A stretch of 63,998 bases of DNA, the filler included, from Octopus bimaculoides (Eukaryota), in NCBI RefSeq assembly GCF_001194135.2. It is 6 parts of 6 records of this genome, joined end to end, with 100 filler letters (N's around TTAATTAATTAA, not from the genome) between each part and the next. Parts side by side here need not be neighbours in the genome. Positions count along the whole stretch, not along the records: positions 1 to 27,400 come from NC_068983.1; 5 more parts are not named here. One strand, written 5' to 3'. This document shows, in pieces, positions 1 to 13,346 of this stretch. The notes below the pieces were generated by a model, which was not told where the DNA came from, did no database searches, and saw only the letters and a program-made list of their open reading frames with translations. The number at the start of each line of letters is the position of its first letter. Position 1 is the stretch's first letter. The position numbers were made by a program, and so were the translations under genes.

Positions 1-394
1 ATTTAATCTCCATACCTTCGTTTTATTTGCTTTTTTCCATTTTAAATTTGCTTTAACCCTAACCATATTAGATTTATCGACCCCATAAGGGTTAGGGTTA
101 ATTGTTTCAGAATCGTTTGTTTATGTAGTCGGCACTTAATATATATCGGCTGAATGGACGTCAGTGATTGGTTGAAATTACAAAAATACGACAACTTTCA
201 CATGGAATAACTTATGGATTTCTTTTTTTTTTAAGAAGACTAAAAGAAAAAGATGTTTTATATGACACATTCTACCAGTGTTCCAAGTTTCAAAGTGTTT
301 CGTTAATGAAAAATGTGGCCCCCGTTTTAAAAAAGATCCATAAAGGCATATTTAATGAACTACGTTCTTATTCTTTAGAATGGATAAACGAATG

Positions 395-560
395 TTGAGG
401 TAGTTTGGCCACATGGAGAGGATAGATGAGGAGCGGATGGTAAGGAGGGTGATGAAGGCAGAAGTGGTAGGCAGCAGAAGCAGACGTCGGTTTATGTAGA
501 CGGATGGAGTGAGGAAAGCTTTGGTGGTCAGAGGTGTTGGAGTGAGAGAGGCAAGAGAGT
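395..560 (+). mobile_element. RTE-clade LINE ORF C-terminal remnant
   Basis: Degenerate translation LR*FGHMERIDEERMVRRVMKAEVVGSRSRRR matches the RTE C-terminal LRWFGHVERM..RGRP signature. Confidence 0.75.
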
Positions 561-2896
561 TTATAAACGGGTTATCTTTCGTTTTCCGCCACAGAAAGTC
601 ACTTAAGGGTCAGAGGTAGTTATACTGGGTAGCAATATACCCAAGACCTAGGTTACGCCACAACACATAGACGGCTTATTTTCCTACTTCCGTGTGCGAA
701 GATTGACCTCGTATCTCTTCAAACTACGAAGAGAGAGTTAAATAAGATGAATTAATGCATCCAGGCAGTGATGTTTTCAGCCATGGACACAGGCTGTCGG
801 CCAGGACCCCCTAGGCCCAATACTAATCTACATAATGCCTAGTTGTTGTATAGGTAACGACTCTTGTACACTGCTTTGCCGGAGGGGTGATGCTGTAATG
901 ATGTTAGGACTGCTCTGAATTCAAGTTAAGTATGACTATCGTTGCTGTTTAGCTCCAAGATCAATTTTGATCAAACAGGCTTATGATGAAAGGTATCAGC
1001 GGAGGTAAAGAATACGCACACCACCCGTTTTCGGGCGTAACAACCCTAAACATCGAGTGTACGCATTCTTAACTTTCGACAAGGTATCATCATCTGGAGT
1101 TTTGTTGTTGCTTTATTCAGACGATATGATGTAAACTGAAGGATAGGGTACTTGGCTGCTATTTCTAACAAATCAAAAAGCAATGTCGAGGCTCCGCCGT
1201 TGGCTCGTTACGATTGTATAGGGGTCATTTGATGTGTTAGCATTGTTTCAAAAGTTCTTGTTCCGTTACTGCAAGTATTGTTTTAAATTAAATATATATT
1301 TGAACAAGATGTAATTTGAAAAGTATTTTGGCTACTATTTCTAGCAGAGCGAAGGGACATGCAGACACCTTGTGGTTAGCATGGTATGATTTTTATATTG
1401 GAATTTCGGAGAGATTCAAATGTCTTGAGGATATTGTTATGTTGGTGTTACACAAACTGTTGCCACTGTGGTTTAGCCATGTACTGTTAATTAATAAATG
1501 GCGAAAAATATGTTTAATTACTGTAAACTATTATCTGTGGTATGTAAATGAAACGTGACCGTTTTTCGGAAACTTTTTTCTTTTCAATTTTTATTTTCGT
1601 TGATCCTAAACTAACCACTGGTTACTCAAAACCAACGAGGGATCTGCGAAGTCGATCAACCTGCTAGAAATAATAGCCAAGAAAGCCTTCGGATTACATA
1701 TAGTCTTAAAATGATGATTCTTTAAATTTATGACCATAAACTTGCATGAAAATATAAACAGGAACCAGAATACAATACAAAACACGAACATCATTAAATT
1801 TACTAAAGAAACAAATTAAAATGCTTCAAATATGTTATGTTCAATAAGATATTTTAAAAGTAAAACATTGAATTGTACTGACTGACAAACTCAAGCATCG
1901 CAGAATATAAAATATATATTTAGCAAAGATAATATTGTGAGATCCTATAAGGAATTAAAACCGGATTCTTTTAGAAATTTACATGCAGGGTTCCTTGTAA
2001 TGTCACTTATAAAAAAATTTGACGGAGTCACTTGATCCGTTAGAAATGTTTTGACTCGTCTCCTAACCAAAATAGGAGCCCCTCCACCAAAACAATATAA
2101 AGTCGACCTTTGTATGTACGGGAAATAAAAACAAAAAAGCCAGACTCTTTTAAAGGTATCTCAGTATTATCTCTCCCTGCTGAATTGTAAAAATTTAGGA
2201 GATAATTACACAACTTGTCACCCAGTTTAACACCGCTGCTTGGCTCCTGGGTGGCTTTAAAAACTTGACCGAATTTACTACGTTACAAGCATTCAGAACA
2301 GGTTTACGAATCGTGGTTTTTACCATCCATTCCCCCAACCGTCCGGGAGACCCTTCAAAACATTATGGGCCCTGCCATAAAGAAAAATTAAAGGATTAAA
2401 TAATATCAGCTGATTTTATTGTGTCTGGGGAGAGTCATTCTCTTTTAACACACTCGCCAGTTCGATTTCCACAGATAAAAATAAGTGAGTAGAAATTGAA
2501 TTGATGAGTGTATTAAGTAATAAGGCACTAAAAGAGAATGATTCTCCCCAGACACAATAAAATGTTTCAACACACGAATTCACATAAAGAATCTTGCAAG
2601 CCAAATACAAAAACGAAATATTAGTGGATGTACCTTACTAATTAATGAACGTAGATATTTAAAGCTGGCAATCTTTAGTTTTGACTCGAAGTCGTGTTCT
2701 AAACAGCCTTAAAAGCTTCGGTGTTTAGAAAAATTAATGTTCGTGTTTATAATTCTATTTAGCTACCTTTTCTTATTTATTACAGTGACAATATGAGACA
2801 TTAGACAATGTAATGCACTGTACAATTCCATCATCGAATACTTTCGTTAATCAAATACTTTAAAATAATCTCATATCATGTAAAGCGGAAAGGGTT

Positions 2897-3331
2897 TGGG
2901 CATAACTACAGGGTTTTACCCCCCAGACTTTGGGAGGTCATAACTTTCAGAAAAATGAATATTTTTTTATGAAATTTTCTATGCATATAGTATTTACTAT
3001 GTAGAATCCGAATATACAAAAATTTCCGGTGAAAGTGTTTTAGAATGGGGATGGGGGACAATTTTCGGAAATTCCAACAGAGTCCACTTAAATTCTTCTT
3101 AACTTCCAGGAATATTAATATTAATTTTCCTGGAAGTTAAGAAGAATTTAAGTGGACTCTGTTGGAATTTCCGAAAATTGTCCCCCACCCCCATTCTAAA
3201 AGACTTTCACCGGAAATTTTTGTATATTCGGATTCTACATAGTAAATACTATATGCGTAGAAAATTTTATTAAAAAATATTCATTTTTCTGAAAGTTATG
3301 ACCTCCCAAAGTCTCCCTGTAGTTATTCCAC
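2897..3331. mobile_element. Foldback/MITE-like long inverted repeat (~200-bp arms, very short AT spacer)
   Basis: 2897-~3112 is the near-exact reverse complement of ~3127-3331 (e.g. gactttgggaggtcataactttcagaaaaatgaatatttttt / aaaaaatattcatttttctgaaagttatgacctcccaaagtc). The same motif family recurs at ~6190-6390. Confidence 0.85.
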
Positions 3332-4947
3332 ATGCCAGGGTTTGTTTTGTTTTTTTATCACAGATTCGTTCGATCTCATCGATGCACTTTCCATTATCGA
3401 ACAAGTTTTGATAATGAACAAGTTTTTCAAATCGACTAACATCAGCTTGTTGTTAATTACTAAAAGGATCTAATATCAAGTATGGCCCAAAAATAGCAAC
3501 AAAGTACTTCAAGCACACTCCTACTATTTACGAGAAACAAAACAAACCAAGTTAAACGATCGAGACATTAATCGCGCATATATATATCTGTCTGTCTGTC
3601 TGCCTCTCTTTTTTTCTTACAAACATTAATATTGCGTATTATGCAAATAACATAACATTAAAAAATAAATAAATTACCACATACCAATATAATTCTCATG
3701 AAAAAAGCTGGTCATTGATTGTACTTCACCAAATATTCAAATTATAACAGGTCCAATTGGCAGTCTCTATTGTAAATGACAAAAAACTCCCAGGAAAGAT
3801 TTGCGTCGTTGTTCGACCTGCTAAAAATAACAGTCGAATCTCGCTCAAACCACACCCTAACGTCTTAAACAAAGAAAAGAGTCTCTTAAATAATGTAGTC
3901 TTGGATAGATTGGAAAAAAATAAACAGCCAACTCACATAATGTATAATTTACTTGTATGCCTATATCTTGATATCTATATAGGCCTATATATCTACTATT
4001 TATCTTATCTATTTGTATTTTGTTTTTTCCACAAATGCATGAGTTGATAAAGTTTCTGTAATAAGCTTAAGCTACAATATAACTAGTTTAAAAAATGGTA
4101 TTCGAAAGGATACCAAAATAATAATAGAGTAAATTTACGTATCACAAGTATGTTTTTTATACATACGTGACTACAGTTGAAGCTAATCTTCGCACTAAAA
4201 AGCTTCTTGTGAAATTACGGGAATCGAAGCTCTGTTAGTAATACAGAGGAGTAGCGGGAGGAGAGAGAAAGAGAACCGGAGGAGGAAGAGAGAGAGAGAG
4301 AGAAATTACAAGTACCTGGCTGCTGTTTACATCCGGGAGTAATTTGCATAATACGTCCAATATGTAACTCGCTCCTAGTTACATTATCTTGTCGTTTTCT
4401 CCTTTTTGACTAAAAAATTTCAACCCCAGTCCATTTATCCATTTACGACGGTCTCAGCGAACATTTAAAAGCTCAGAAATTTTTTAAATCCACATAAGAA
4501 CCAGCAATGAAGTGGGAAAATCAAATAAAATACATGTGAAAATATGTACAAACCATTTATTAAAACAAATATAAACTTTAAAAAAATTTTCGGAGTTTTT
4601 TAAGGCCCGCCTCCTTTTAAATCGTTTTTCAAGTTATAGTTTGTTTCTTGTTACATCGGTTTTCGATTGAAGTCGCACATGTTTTGGTACTGATTACAGA
4701 TGTTAGTTTAGTTATGTTTGTACTCGCTAAGATATGTTTTATTAAACGGTGTAACACTGTTGGATTTAGGCATTAGCTCGGCAAGCTGCATGTTAGAGCT
4801 ATACAACATTAGCGGAGGGAGTCACTAGCAGGCAGTGAGCACTTTCACTTCTGACAGCTAATAGCATGATAGTGCCTTTAAACTTCTCAAATTTAAATCC
4901 AACCCTGAGATAAGTAAGCTAATTATTGCTAATATAATGCCACTGCT

Positions 4948-5520
4948 GAGGCGCGTAGCTTAGTGGTTAGGGTAATCGGCTCGTTGTGCTCATGCCTTGA
5001 GGCAGCACTGCTCAGTTTAGTGGTTAGCATATTCGGTTAACGATCATGAGGTTGTGAGTTCGAAACCCGGCAGTACGTTGTATTCTAGAGCAGGGGTTTT
5101 CAAATTGTGGTCCGCAGACCACAGAAAATACTTTTTATGGGCAATTTGATTTTATATATGTTTTTTAATCGAAATCTTTTAATTGACAATAAACCTATTT
5201 GTTAAATATTGTTAAATAAATAAATGCGAAAATATATGTTATTTTACCCTAAGGTAAAGCCTGAAATATAATGCGGTCCGCAAGTCAAAAAGTTTGAAAA
5301 CCCCTGTTCTAGAGCAAGACACTATTTCACGTCGCTCCATTTAGAAATGTGTTCAAAGGGCCGACATTTTGTGTCACGCTGAATCTCCCTGAGAACTACG
5401 TTAAGGGTACACATGTCTATGGAGTGCTCAGCCACTTGCACGTTAGTTTCACGAGCAGGCTGTTCCGTTGATCAGATCAACTTGAACCCACGTCGTCGTA
5501 ATCGTGGGAGTATCAGTTTT
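4948..5520 (+). mobile_element. tRNA-derived SINE interrupted by a hAT MITE
   Basis: tRNA-like head (tagcttagtggttagg...gttcgaaacccgg). The body matches the SINEs at 15934 and 18268 and resumes after the MITE. Confidence 0.75.
5091..5306. mobile_element. hAT-type MITE
   Basis: 14-bp perfect TIR CAGGGGTTTTCAAA; exact 8-bp TSD TTCTAGAG at 5083-5090 and 5307-5314. Confidence 0.92.
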
Positions 5521-5527
5521 ATAATGA

Positions 5528-5860
5528 AGGTGCATGGCTCAGTGGTTAGAGCGGTGGGCTCAGAATCCTGAGGTAGTGAGCTCGATTTCCGGACTGAGGT
5601 ATGTGTTGTGTATCTGAGCAATACACTTTGTTGCACGTAGTACCAGTTCACTCAGCTGTAGAGATGAGTTGCGATGTCACTGGTGCCAAGCTGTATTGGC
5701 CTTTGCCTTTCCCTTGGATAACACTGGTGGTGTGAAGAAGAGAGGCTTGTATGCATGGGCAACTGCTGGTCTTTCATAGACAACCTTGCTTGGACTTATG
5801 CCTCTGAAGGGAACTTTCTAGGTGCAATCCCATGGTCATTCATGACTAAATTGGGTCTTT
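5528..5860 (+). mobile_element. tRNA-derived SINE, family with 'gagttgcgatgtcactggtgccaagctgtat' body
   Basis: Pol III A/B-box-like head (tggctcagtggttagagc...gctcgatttcc). Reverse copies at ~41115-41432 and ~57930-58190. Confidence 0.8.
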
Positions 5861-6731
5861 ACCCAATGCCACTACTTTAACTAGTACTATCTAACTAGCT
5901 AGTATGAGTTATGATAAATATCAGATGGATATATTACGTTTGTCATCAATGTCCTCAGTAGCACCAGAACCATCACCACACTAATCATAATTGTCAGCAT
6001 CTTCAAGGCAATGAGCTGGCAGAGTCATTTGAACTTTGGGAAAATTGTCTTGTGGGAGTTGTCCCAGTTCTTCACATTCTGAATTCGCATCCTGCTGAGG
6101 TCAACTTTGCCTTTTGACAGCAATGAAATAAAGTACCAGTCAAATACAACATACCCACATATATGTGATCCCACCTCTATTTGCTTCCCCATAATTTTCA
6201 GAAAAATGGGTATCCTTTAATGAAATTTTCTTCATGTGACATAGATTCCGATTAATTTGGAATTTACTGTGAATTTTTTTTTTTTCAGGTGTGAGGAGAG
6301 GACTTTCAGATAATTCATACGAATAGACTTTGTTTCTTCATAACTTTCAGAGAAAATGGGTATTTTTTAATGAAATTTTCAACAAATACCTTTCAGACAG
6401 TATAGATTAAAAAATATTATTGAGTTTTTAAAATGGTTGGTGTGTACACATACATACAATACACATCACATAATTATTTTTTCAGTTTACAAGTTTCATT
6501 TTGCAGATATGTGTGTATACACCAACCCAATTTTTTTTTTTATTTAAGTAGTTTTTTTAATTTAATGTAGTTGTAAGCTACACCATCTGAAAGGTGTTTG
6601 TAGAAAATTTCATGGAAAAAAAACAATTTTTCTGAACGTTATGAAAAAACCAAGTCAAAGCGGACACAGGGATTTGTTGAAAGTATATCACATTTAAAGG
6701 CGTATGGCAACCAATATAGTTTACTGTATAG

Positions 6732-7359
6732 TAGGGGTGGGGAACCCCACCACCCACGGGCACGATTGCGCCCGTGAGCACATTCTATTGCACTCGAAGG
6801 CCGATATACTCGTATGTACGAAATATAATAACTGTTTCTATTATAAAATTTATACAATCAGCCAGATCAGATTGGAGCCTGGTGCAGCCATCCGGTTCAC
6901 CAGTCCTCAGTCAAATCGTCCAACCCATACTAGCATGGAAAGCGGACGTTAAACGACGATGATGATGATGATTCATATGCCTATTTGTGACATAGGTCAC
7001 TTTTCCACTGTGACTTAAAATGGTTAGACTCGTACAGAAATTGTTCCATTTGAATGGAAATTTTTGTTTTCACTATAAAACACATATTGCTAGGTTTGTA
7101 CCACCCTCTTGAGACCTAACTACACTCTAGCTGAGAAATATAGAATACTCCATAAGTAATATAAATGTTCTAAATTCAGTGGCAGCATTAATGAAGATGT
7201 TACGCATTAATTTAATGTGTTAAAATTATCTTTATTAATGTATATCGAATTATACATAGTTATATACAAGATTTACACAGATATGAGTTAGAACTCCGCC
7301 TGCAGACCTTTTTCATTGGAAATTTTTGCCTGCCACTCTAAAAAGTTTCCCCACCCCTG
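6732..7359. mobile_element. hAT-type MITE carrying a nested RTE 3'-tail fragment (~6860-6972)
   Basis: TIRs (t/c)AGGGGTGGGGAA; exact 8-bp TSD CTGTATAG at 6724-6731 and 7360-7367. Confidence 0.9.
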
Positions 7360-7486
7360 CTGTATAGGGTGGTCAAAACCCATGCTGCAGTCACACTATG
7401 CAACTGTCTTATTATTAGCTTTGATTCAACCCGGAGTAATGTGAGAGAAACTTAAGGTCTATTAACTGGTTGGATGTCAGCTATGT

Positions 7487-7524
<38 letters not shown>

Positions 7525-7887
7525 AAGATGTTAGTGTCATGCTGTTTCTGTTTGAAAGTAATTTTGAGAGTTCAATTGTCCGCAATTCTCAGTCATGATT
7601 ACTGTTCTTGAATGAACAGGTAATTCAGTGAATCAAACATGTATAGTAATTTTGCCCAGCAGAAAAGAAAAGAATCTGTTTCATGACTTCACATGTACAA
7701 GTGCTAGTCGTGACATGATGTCTGACATAATACTGCGTCAACAGTCATGATATACAATAAGAATTAAGAAAGTACATCTTATTACTAGGTCAACGTGTAA
7801 AAATATTTTGATAAAGGAAAATATTTGCTTACACTCAAACACACACATACATATGTATTAAATGCATACACAGAGATATATATATAT

Positions 7888-8216
7888 ATCATCATCATCA
7901 TCATCATCGTTTAACGTCCGCTTTCCATGCTAGCATGGGTTGGACGATTTGACTGAGGACTGGTGCAACCGGATGGCTACACCAGGCTCCAATCTAATTT
8001 GGCAGAGTTTCTACAGCTGGATGCCCTTCCTAACGCCAACCACTCAGAGAGTGTAGTGGGTGCTTTTACGTGTCACCGGCACGAAAACGGCCACGCTCGA
8101 AACGGTGTCTTTTATGTGCCACCGGCACAAGAGCCAGTCCAGGGGCACTGGCAACGATCTCGCTCGAAAACCCTACAAGGCCAGTCAGGCGGTACTGGCA
8201 ACTGTCACGCTCAGGA
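7888..8216 (-). mobile_element. Young RTE-type 3' end (LINE tail or RTE-mobilised SINE) with (GAT)n tail
   Basis: Near-exact reverse complement of 17023-17328; runs into an N gap. Confidence 0.8.
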
Positions 8217-8686
8217 NNNNNNNNNNNNNNNNNNNNNNNNNNNNNNNNNNNNNNNNNNNNNNNNNNNNNNNNNNNNNNNNNNNNNNNNNNNNNNNNNNNN
8301 NNNNNNNNNNNNNNNNNNNNNNNNNNNNNNNNNNNNNNNNNNNNNNNNNNNNNNNNNNNNNNNNNNNNNNNNNNNNNNNNNNNNNNNNNNNNNNNNNNNN
8401 NNNNNNNNNNNNNNNNNNNNNNNNNNNNNNNNNNNNNNNNNNNNNNNNNNNNNNNNNNNNNNNNNNNNNNNNNNNNNNNNNNNNNNNNNNNNNNNNNNNN
8501 NNNNNNNNNNNNNNNNNNNNNNNNNNNNNNNNNNNNNNNNNNNNNNNNNNNNNNNNNNNNNNNNNNNNNNNNNNNTATTACACTTGGTATAACACTAGTA
8601 TAACAATAATTGGGTACCCTCCCAGCAGTATGTTGGATAGATACTATCCCTTAGTGGGTTGAATCCTCAACCCCTAACTCTCTTGC

Positions 8687-8725
<39 letters not shown>

Positions 8726-9004
8726 CAAATAATATGCGAGTATATGCATATATATGTACATGTATGTACATACCTACATCTACATGTATATATAGATGCA
8801 TATCTGGGCACAGGACGTCAAAAGAAAACGTTGACAAAATGAGAAACAGAACATAAACAGAGCACAGAAAACACACAGGCCACATAAAGAACATTTCCTT
8901 CATCAGCTGCTAAAGTTTAAAATGGTTCATTTGATAAAACAACATTACAGTAAATATTCTTTCAATACATTCACACAGCCAAACACTAAGGCAAATTATT
9001 CTTT

Positions 9005-9215
9005 CCTACTTTAGGCACAAGGCCCGAAATTGGGGTGGGGGGGCAGTCGGTTAGATTGATCTCAGTATGCAACTGGTAGTTAATTTATCGACCCTGAAAG
9101 GATGAAAGACAAAGTCAACCTCAGCGGAATTTGAACTCAGAACGTAAAGACAGACGAAATACTGCTTAGTATTTCGCCCAGTGTGCTAACATTTCTACCA
9201 GCTCACTGCCTTTAC
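9005..9215 (-). mobile_element. tRNA-derived SINE with Nin-like central domain
   Basis: Reverse complement of the family core ...ttctgagttcaaattccgccgaggtcgactttgcctttcatcctttcgggg... Confidence 0.75.
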
Positions 9216-9263
9216 ACTAAGACAAATTATTGAAACAATATACAAGCGTTCCATATTTTTTTA

Positions 9264-9657
9264 GGCACAGGAGTGGCTGTGTGGTAAGTAGCTTGCTTAC
9301 CAACCACATGGTTCCGGGTTCAGTCCACTGCGTGGCACCTTGGGCAAGTGTCTTCTACTATAGCCTCGGGCCGACCAAAGCCTTGTGAGTGGATTTGGTA
9401 GACGGAAACTGAAAGAAACCTATCGTATATATGTGTATATATGTGTGTGTATTTGTGTGTCTGTGTTTGTCCCCTCACCATCGCTTGACAACTGATGGTG
9501 GTGTGTTTACGTCCCCGTAACTTAGCAGTTCGGCAAAAGAGACCGACAGAATAAGTACTAGGCTTCCAAAGAATAAGTCCTGGGGTCAATTTGCTCGACT
9601 ATTAAGGTGGTGCTCCAGCATGGCCGCAGTCAAATGACTGAAACAAGTAAAAGAGTA
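9264..9657 (+). mobile_element. Full-length tRNA-derived SINE with internal microsatellite (most abundant family here)
   Basis: Head ggcacaggagtggctgtgtggtaag..., body gcaccttgggcaagtgtcttctactatagcc, tail ...aatgactgaaacaagtaaaagag. More than 12 copies in the window (e.g. 22386-22750-, 30467-30914-, 34331-34755+, 40620-41060+, 58855-59255-). Confidence 0.85.
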
Positions 9658-10135
9658 TACCAGAGGCAGAATTTATACACTCTCTTAATAGAAAGTATGA
9701 ACACAACAACAACAACAATAACAGCAACAACATAAGCAGCAGCACTGCCACTACCATCATCAGATGATGGTCCAGACATAATTAGCTCATTACTGCCTAC
9801 TCAAAACATATAATGTCACATGTTTTAAGGCAGTCTATCATAATGCAATACAATAGAAAATTTAAAAAAACAAACAAACTAATCTATCAAACATTAGTGA
9901 CAGTATGTGACCTGGTTGTTAAGGTGTCACACTCAAAGTCATAATACCATTGTTTCAATTCCTGGACAGGGTGAGGGTGTTGAGTACTTGAGCAAAACAC
10001 TTCATTTCACATTGCTCCAGTTCACGCAACTGTAAATGAGTCACTATGTATGTATGTATGTATGTATGTATGAATTATCAACATCATGGATTATGGGGAC
10101 ATAAACGCACCAACACCGGTTGGCAAGGGGAGGTG

Positions 10136-10760
10136 GACAAACAGAAACAAAGACACACATGACAGGCTTCTTTCAGTTTCCATCTACCAAATCCACTCAC
10201 AAGGCTTTGTTTGACCCAAGGCTATAGTAGAAGACACTTGTCCAAGGTGCCATGCAATGAGACTGAACCCAGAACTATGGGATTGGGGAGCAAGCTTCTT
10301 ACCACACAGTCACACTTATTAATATTATATATTAACGTTTGCTTTCATATCAATTCATATTCAAAGACAATTTAACATTAAACTAAAAGTTTACTGTTAA
10401 ATATTTTTTACTCAGTATTTTTCAGTAGAGTAAACATTAAATTTTGTTGACATCTTCAAAATTTTGACTTGCTTGTCTTCATCAGACAGTCTATGGAGGC
10501 GAGCAATCCAAAACTTTGAAGTCACTGCCAACAAGTTCTTTGTTAAAATTAATCTGTAAATGTGTGTGTGTGTGTGTGTGTGTGTGACATGCTAGTTGGT
10601 ATTACATATCATGAACAGGATTTGACTTCAACTCCAGACACTTTTCTACTTGAAAATGTTCAGATCATCTGCAAAGCCGGATTTTCCAGTTCATAGGAGA
10701 TCTTACCACAGGATATACTAATTCTTCTGAAAAAGAGTGGCAATCACCATATATGTAAGT
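10136..10760. repeat. Local duplication, copy 1 (copy 2 at 12879-13520)
   Basis: SINE plus ~450 bp of flanking non-SINE sequence is repeated about 2750 bp downstream with high identity. Confidence 0.9.
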
Positions 10761-11479
10761 AAGTATGTATGTATGTATGTAATTATGTATGCATGCGTAT
10801 GTATGTGTATATGTATATATGTGGTGGTGATGATGATGATGATGATGATAATTAATACATATATGCATGCATGAATATATACATACATACAATGTATGCA
10901 AACATGAATGTATATGTGTGTGTGTGGGTGGGTACATGTATGTAAACATATGTATAAAAATGGCTTGGATAAATATTTGTAATGAGACCTGATAATTAGT
11001 GCTGTCAACATACACGAGTGTGTGTATATGTGTGTGTGTAAATAAATGTTAAGTCACAAAATTAAGCTAAACACACCACACACACACACACATCTGACCT
11101 AAAATGGTGATCATATATTGAAATTCCCAGTTAAAATATTTCCTTGTAACTTTGCACTTTAGAAGGTAAGTGGAATAAAGGAATTCCTTACTTGAAAAAC
11201 AAGCATTGGTTAACAATAGGAAGAGAATCTGCTGGCAAAATAATGGCTTAGTAATAAGTATTCATCCAACCCTTACTGACATGGAAAACCAGATGAAAAA
11301 CAAACTGATAACTTCAAAAAAGTAGGCTAACTAAACCGTGTGTGTGTGTTAGTTGAAATTTATGGAAAAACAAAACACAAAGATAGGTTTATGAACAACA
11401 AGCAAGTGTATTAGCTTGACACTCGGGGAAAAATGAAAATATATACATATATATATATATTTATATAAGATGTACCCAG

Positions 11480-12718
11480 TGTAAGCTATGGACACATAAG
11501 AGGTGCAACAATATCAAAGGAAGGCTACTGGGAAGATAGTTTTTGTGTGTGGCAAATGCTCAGAGGCAACAAACACTGAAAATGTGCAGAAAACAGCTTC
11601 CATTACATGCCAGAGGGAAAAACTAGAAGTAGTTGATAGCTTCCGTTACCTAGGTGATGACCAAGTCAGTAGCAGGGTTGGAGGCTCTGAGAGTGTAGCT
11701 GCTACAATGGGAATAACCTGGGCAAAGTTCAAAGAGTTCCTACCTCTGCTGGTGACAAAGGGCCTCTTGCTCAGAGTAAAAGGTAGACTGTATGACGCAT
11801 GTGTGCGAACAGCCATGCTACACGGCAGTGAAACATGGGTTGTGACTGCTGAGGACATGCATAAGCTTGCAAGAAATAAAGCTAGAATGATCTGCTGGAT
11901 GAATAATGTCAGTGTGCATACACGAAAGAGAGTGTGCATACACGAGAGAAAAGTTGAACATAAGAAGCATCAGATGTGCAAGAGAGATGACTGTGCTGGT
12001 ATGATCATGTGTTGTGTATGGATGAGGATAGCTGTGTGAAAAAGTGTCACACTCTAGCAGTAGAGGGAACCTGTGAAAGAGGCAAACCCAGGAAGACCTG
12101 GGTGGGAAGGAGAACAAACTCATGGAGGCGATGATGAGTGACCAAGACCTTTGGAGATTTACTGTGTTTGAGAAGACCCAGCAAGCCAAGTGAGACCATA
12201 ACTGTGGCTTATACCAGTGCAGCATAACCGGCCCATTTAAGAGTACCCTTCAATCATTGGGTAAAAAATAGTGCTTGCAAAGACTTGTTGAGTCAAGTAA
12301 AGTCATTGTCGTGGCTAATGCCAGTATTGCCTGACTGGCACTTGTGCCAGTGGCATGCAAAAAGCACCATTTGAGCATGGTTGATGCCAATGCCACCTGA
12401 CTGGCTCCTGTGATAGTGGGACATGAAAAGCATCATTCAAGCATGGTTGATGCCAGTAACGTCTGACTGGTCCTCGTGCTGGTGGCACATAAGCACCCAC
12501 TACACTGTTAGAGTGGTTGGTGTTAGGAGGGGCATCCAGTTGTAGAAACCATGCCAGATCAGATTGGAGCCTGGTACAGCCTTCTGGCTTGCCAGTCCTC
12601 AGTCAAACTGTCCAACCCATGCCAGCATGGAAAGCGGGTGTTAAACGACGATGATGATGATGATATCCATGCTAGCATGGAAGGTAGATGTTAAACGATG
12701 ATGATGATGATGATGATA
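11480..12718 (+). mobile_element. 5'-truncated RTE (BovB-like) LINE: RT C-terminus, 3' UTR, duplicated (GAT)n tail
   Basis: ORF 11503-12039 reads KLEVVDSFRYLGD...WAKFKEFLPLLVTKG...KGRLYDACVRTAMLHGSETW, which is typical RTE; it is frameshifted downstream. Confidence 0.88.
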
Positions 12719-12878
12719 TCTTTTATATTTCACTTGCTTTAGTCATTAGACTGCAGCCATGCTGGGGCAATGCCTTGAAGTTGTTTTGAGAAAACAAATT
12801 GACCCCAAAACATTTTTTAAGCCTGGTGCTTATTCTATTGTCTCTTTTGCCAACAACAGTTGTCAAGCAGTGGTGAGA

Positions 12879-13304
12879 GACAAACAGAAACAAAGACACA
12901 CACACATATATGATGGGCTTCTTTCAGTTTCCATCTACCAAATCCACTTACAAGGCTTTGTTGGCCTGAGATTATAGTAGAAGACACCTACCCAAGGTGC
13001 CATGCAATGGGACTGAACCCAGAACCATGGGGTTGGGGAGCAAGCTTCGTACCACACAGTCACACTTATTAATATTATATATTAAAGTTTGTTTTCATAT
13101 CAATTCATATTCAAAGACAATTTAACATTAAACTGAAAGTTTACTGTTAAATATTTTTTATTCAGTATTTTTCAGTAGAGTAAACATTTATTAAATTTTT
13201 TGACAGCATCTTCAAAATTTTGACAGTCTATGGAGGCAAGCAATCCAAAACTTTGAAGTCACTGCCAACAAGTTCTTTGTTAAAATTAATATGTAAATGT
13301 CCGT

Positions 13305-13346
<42 letters not shown>

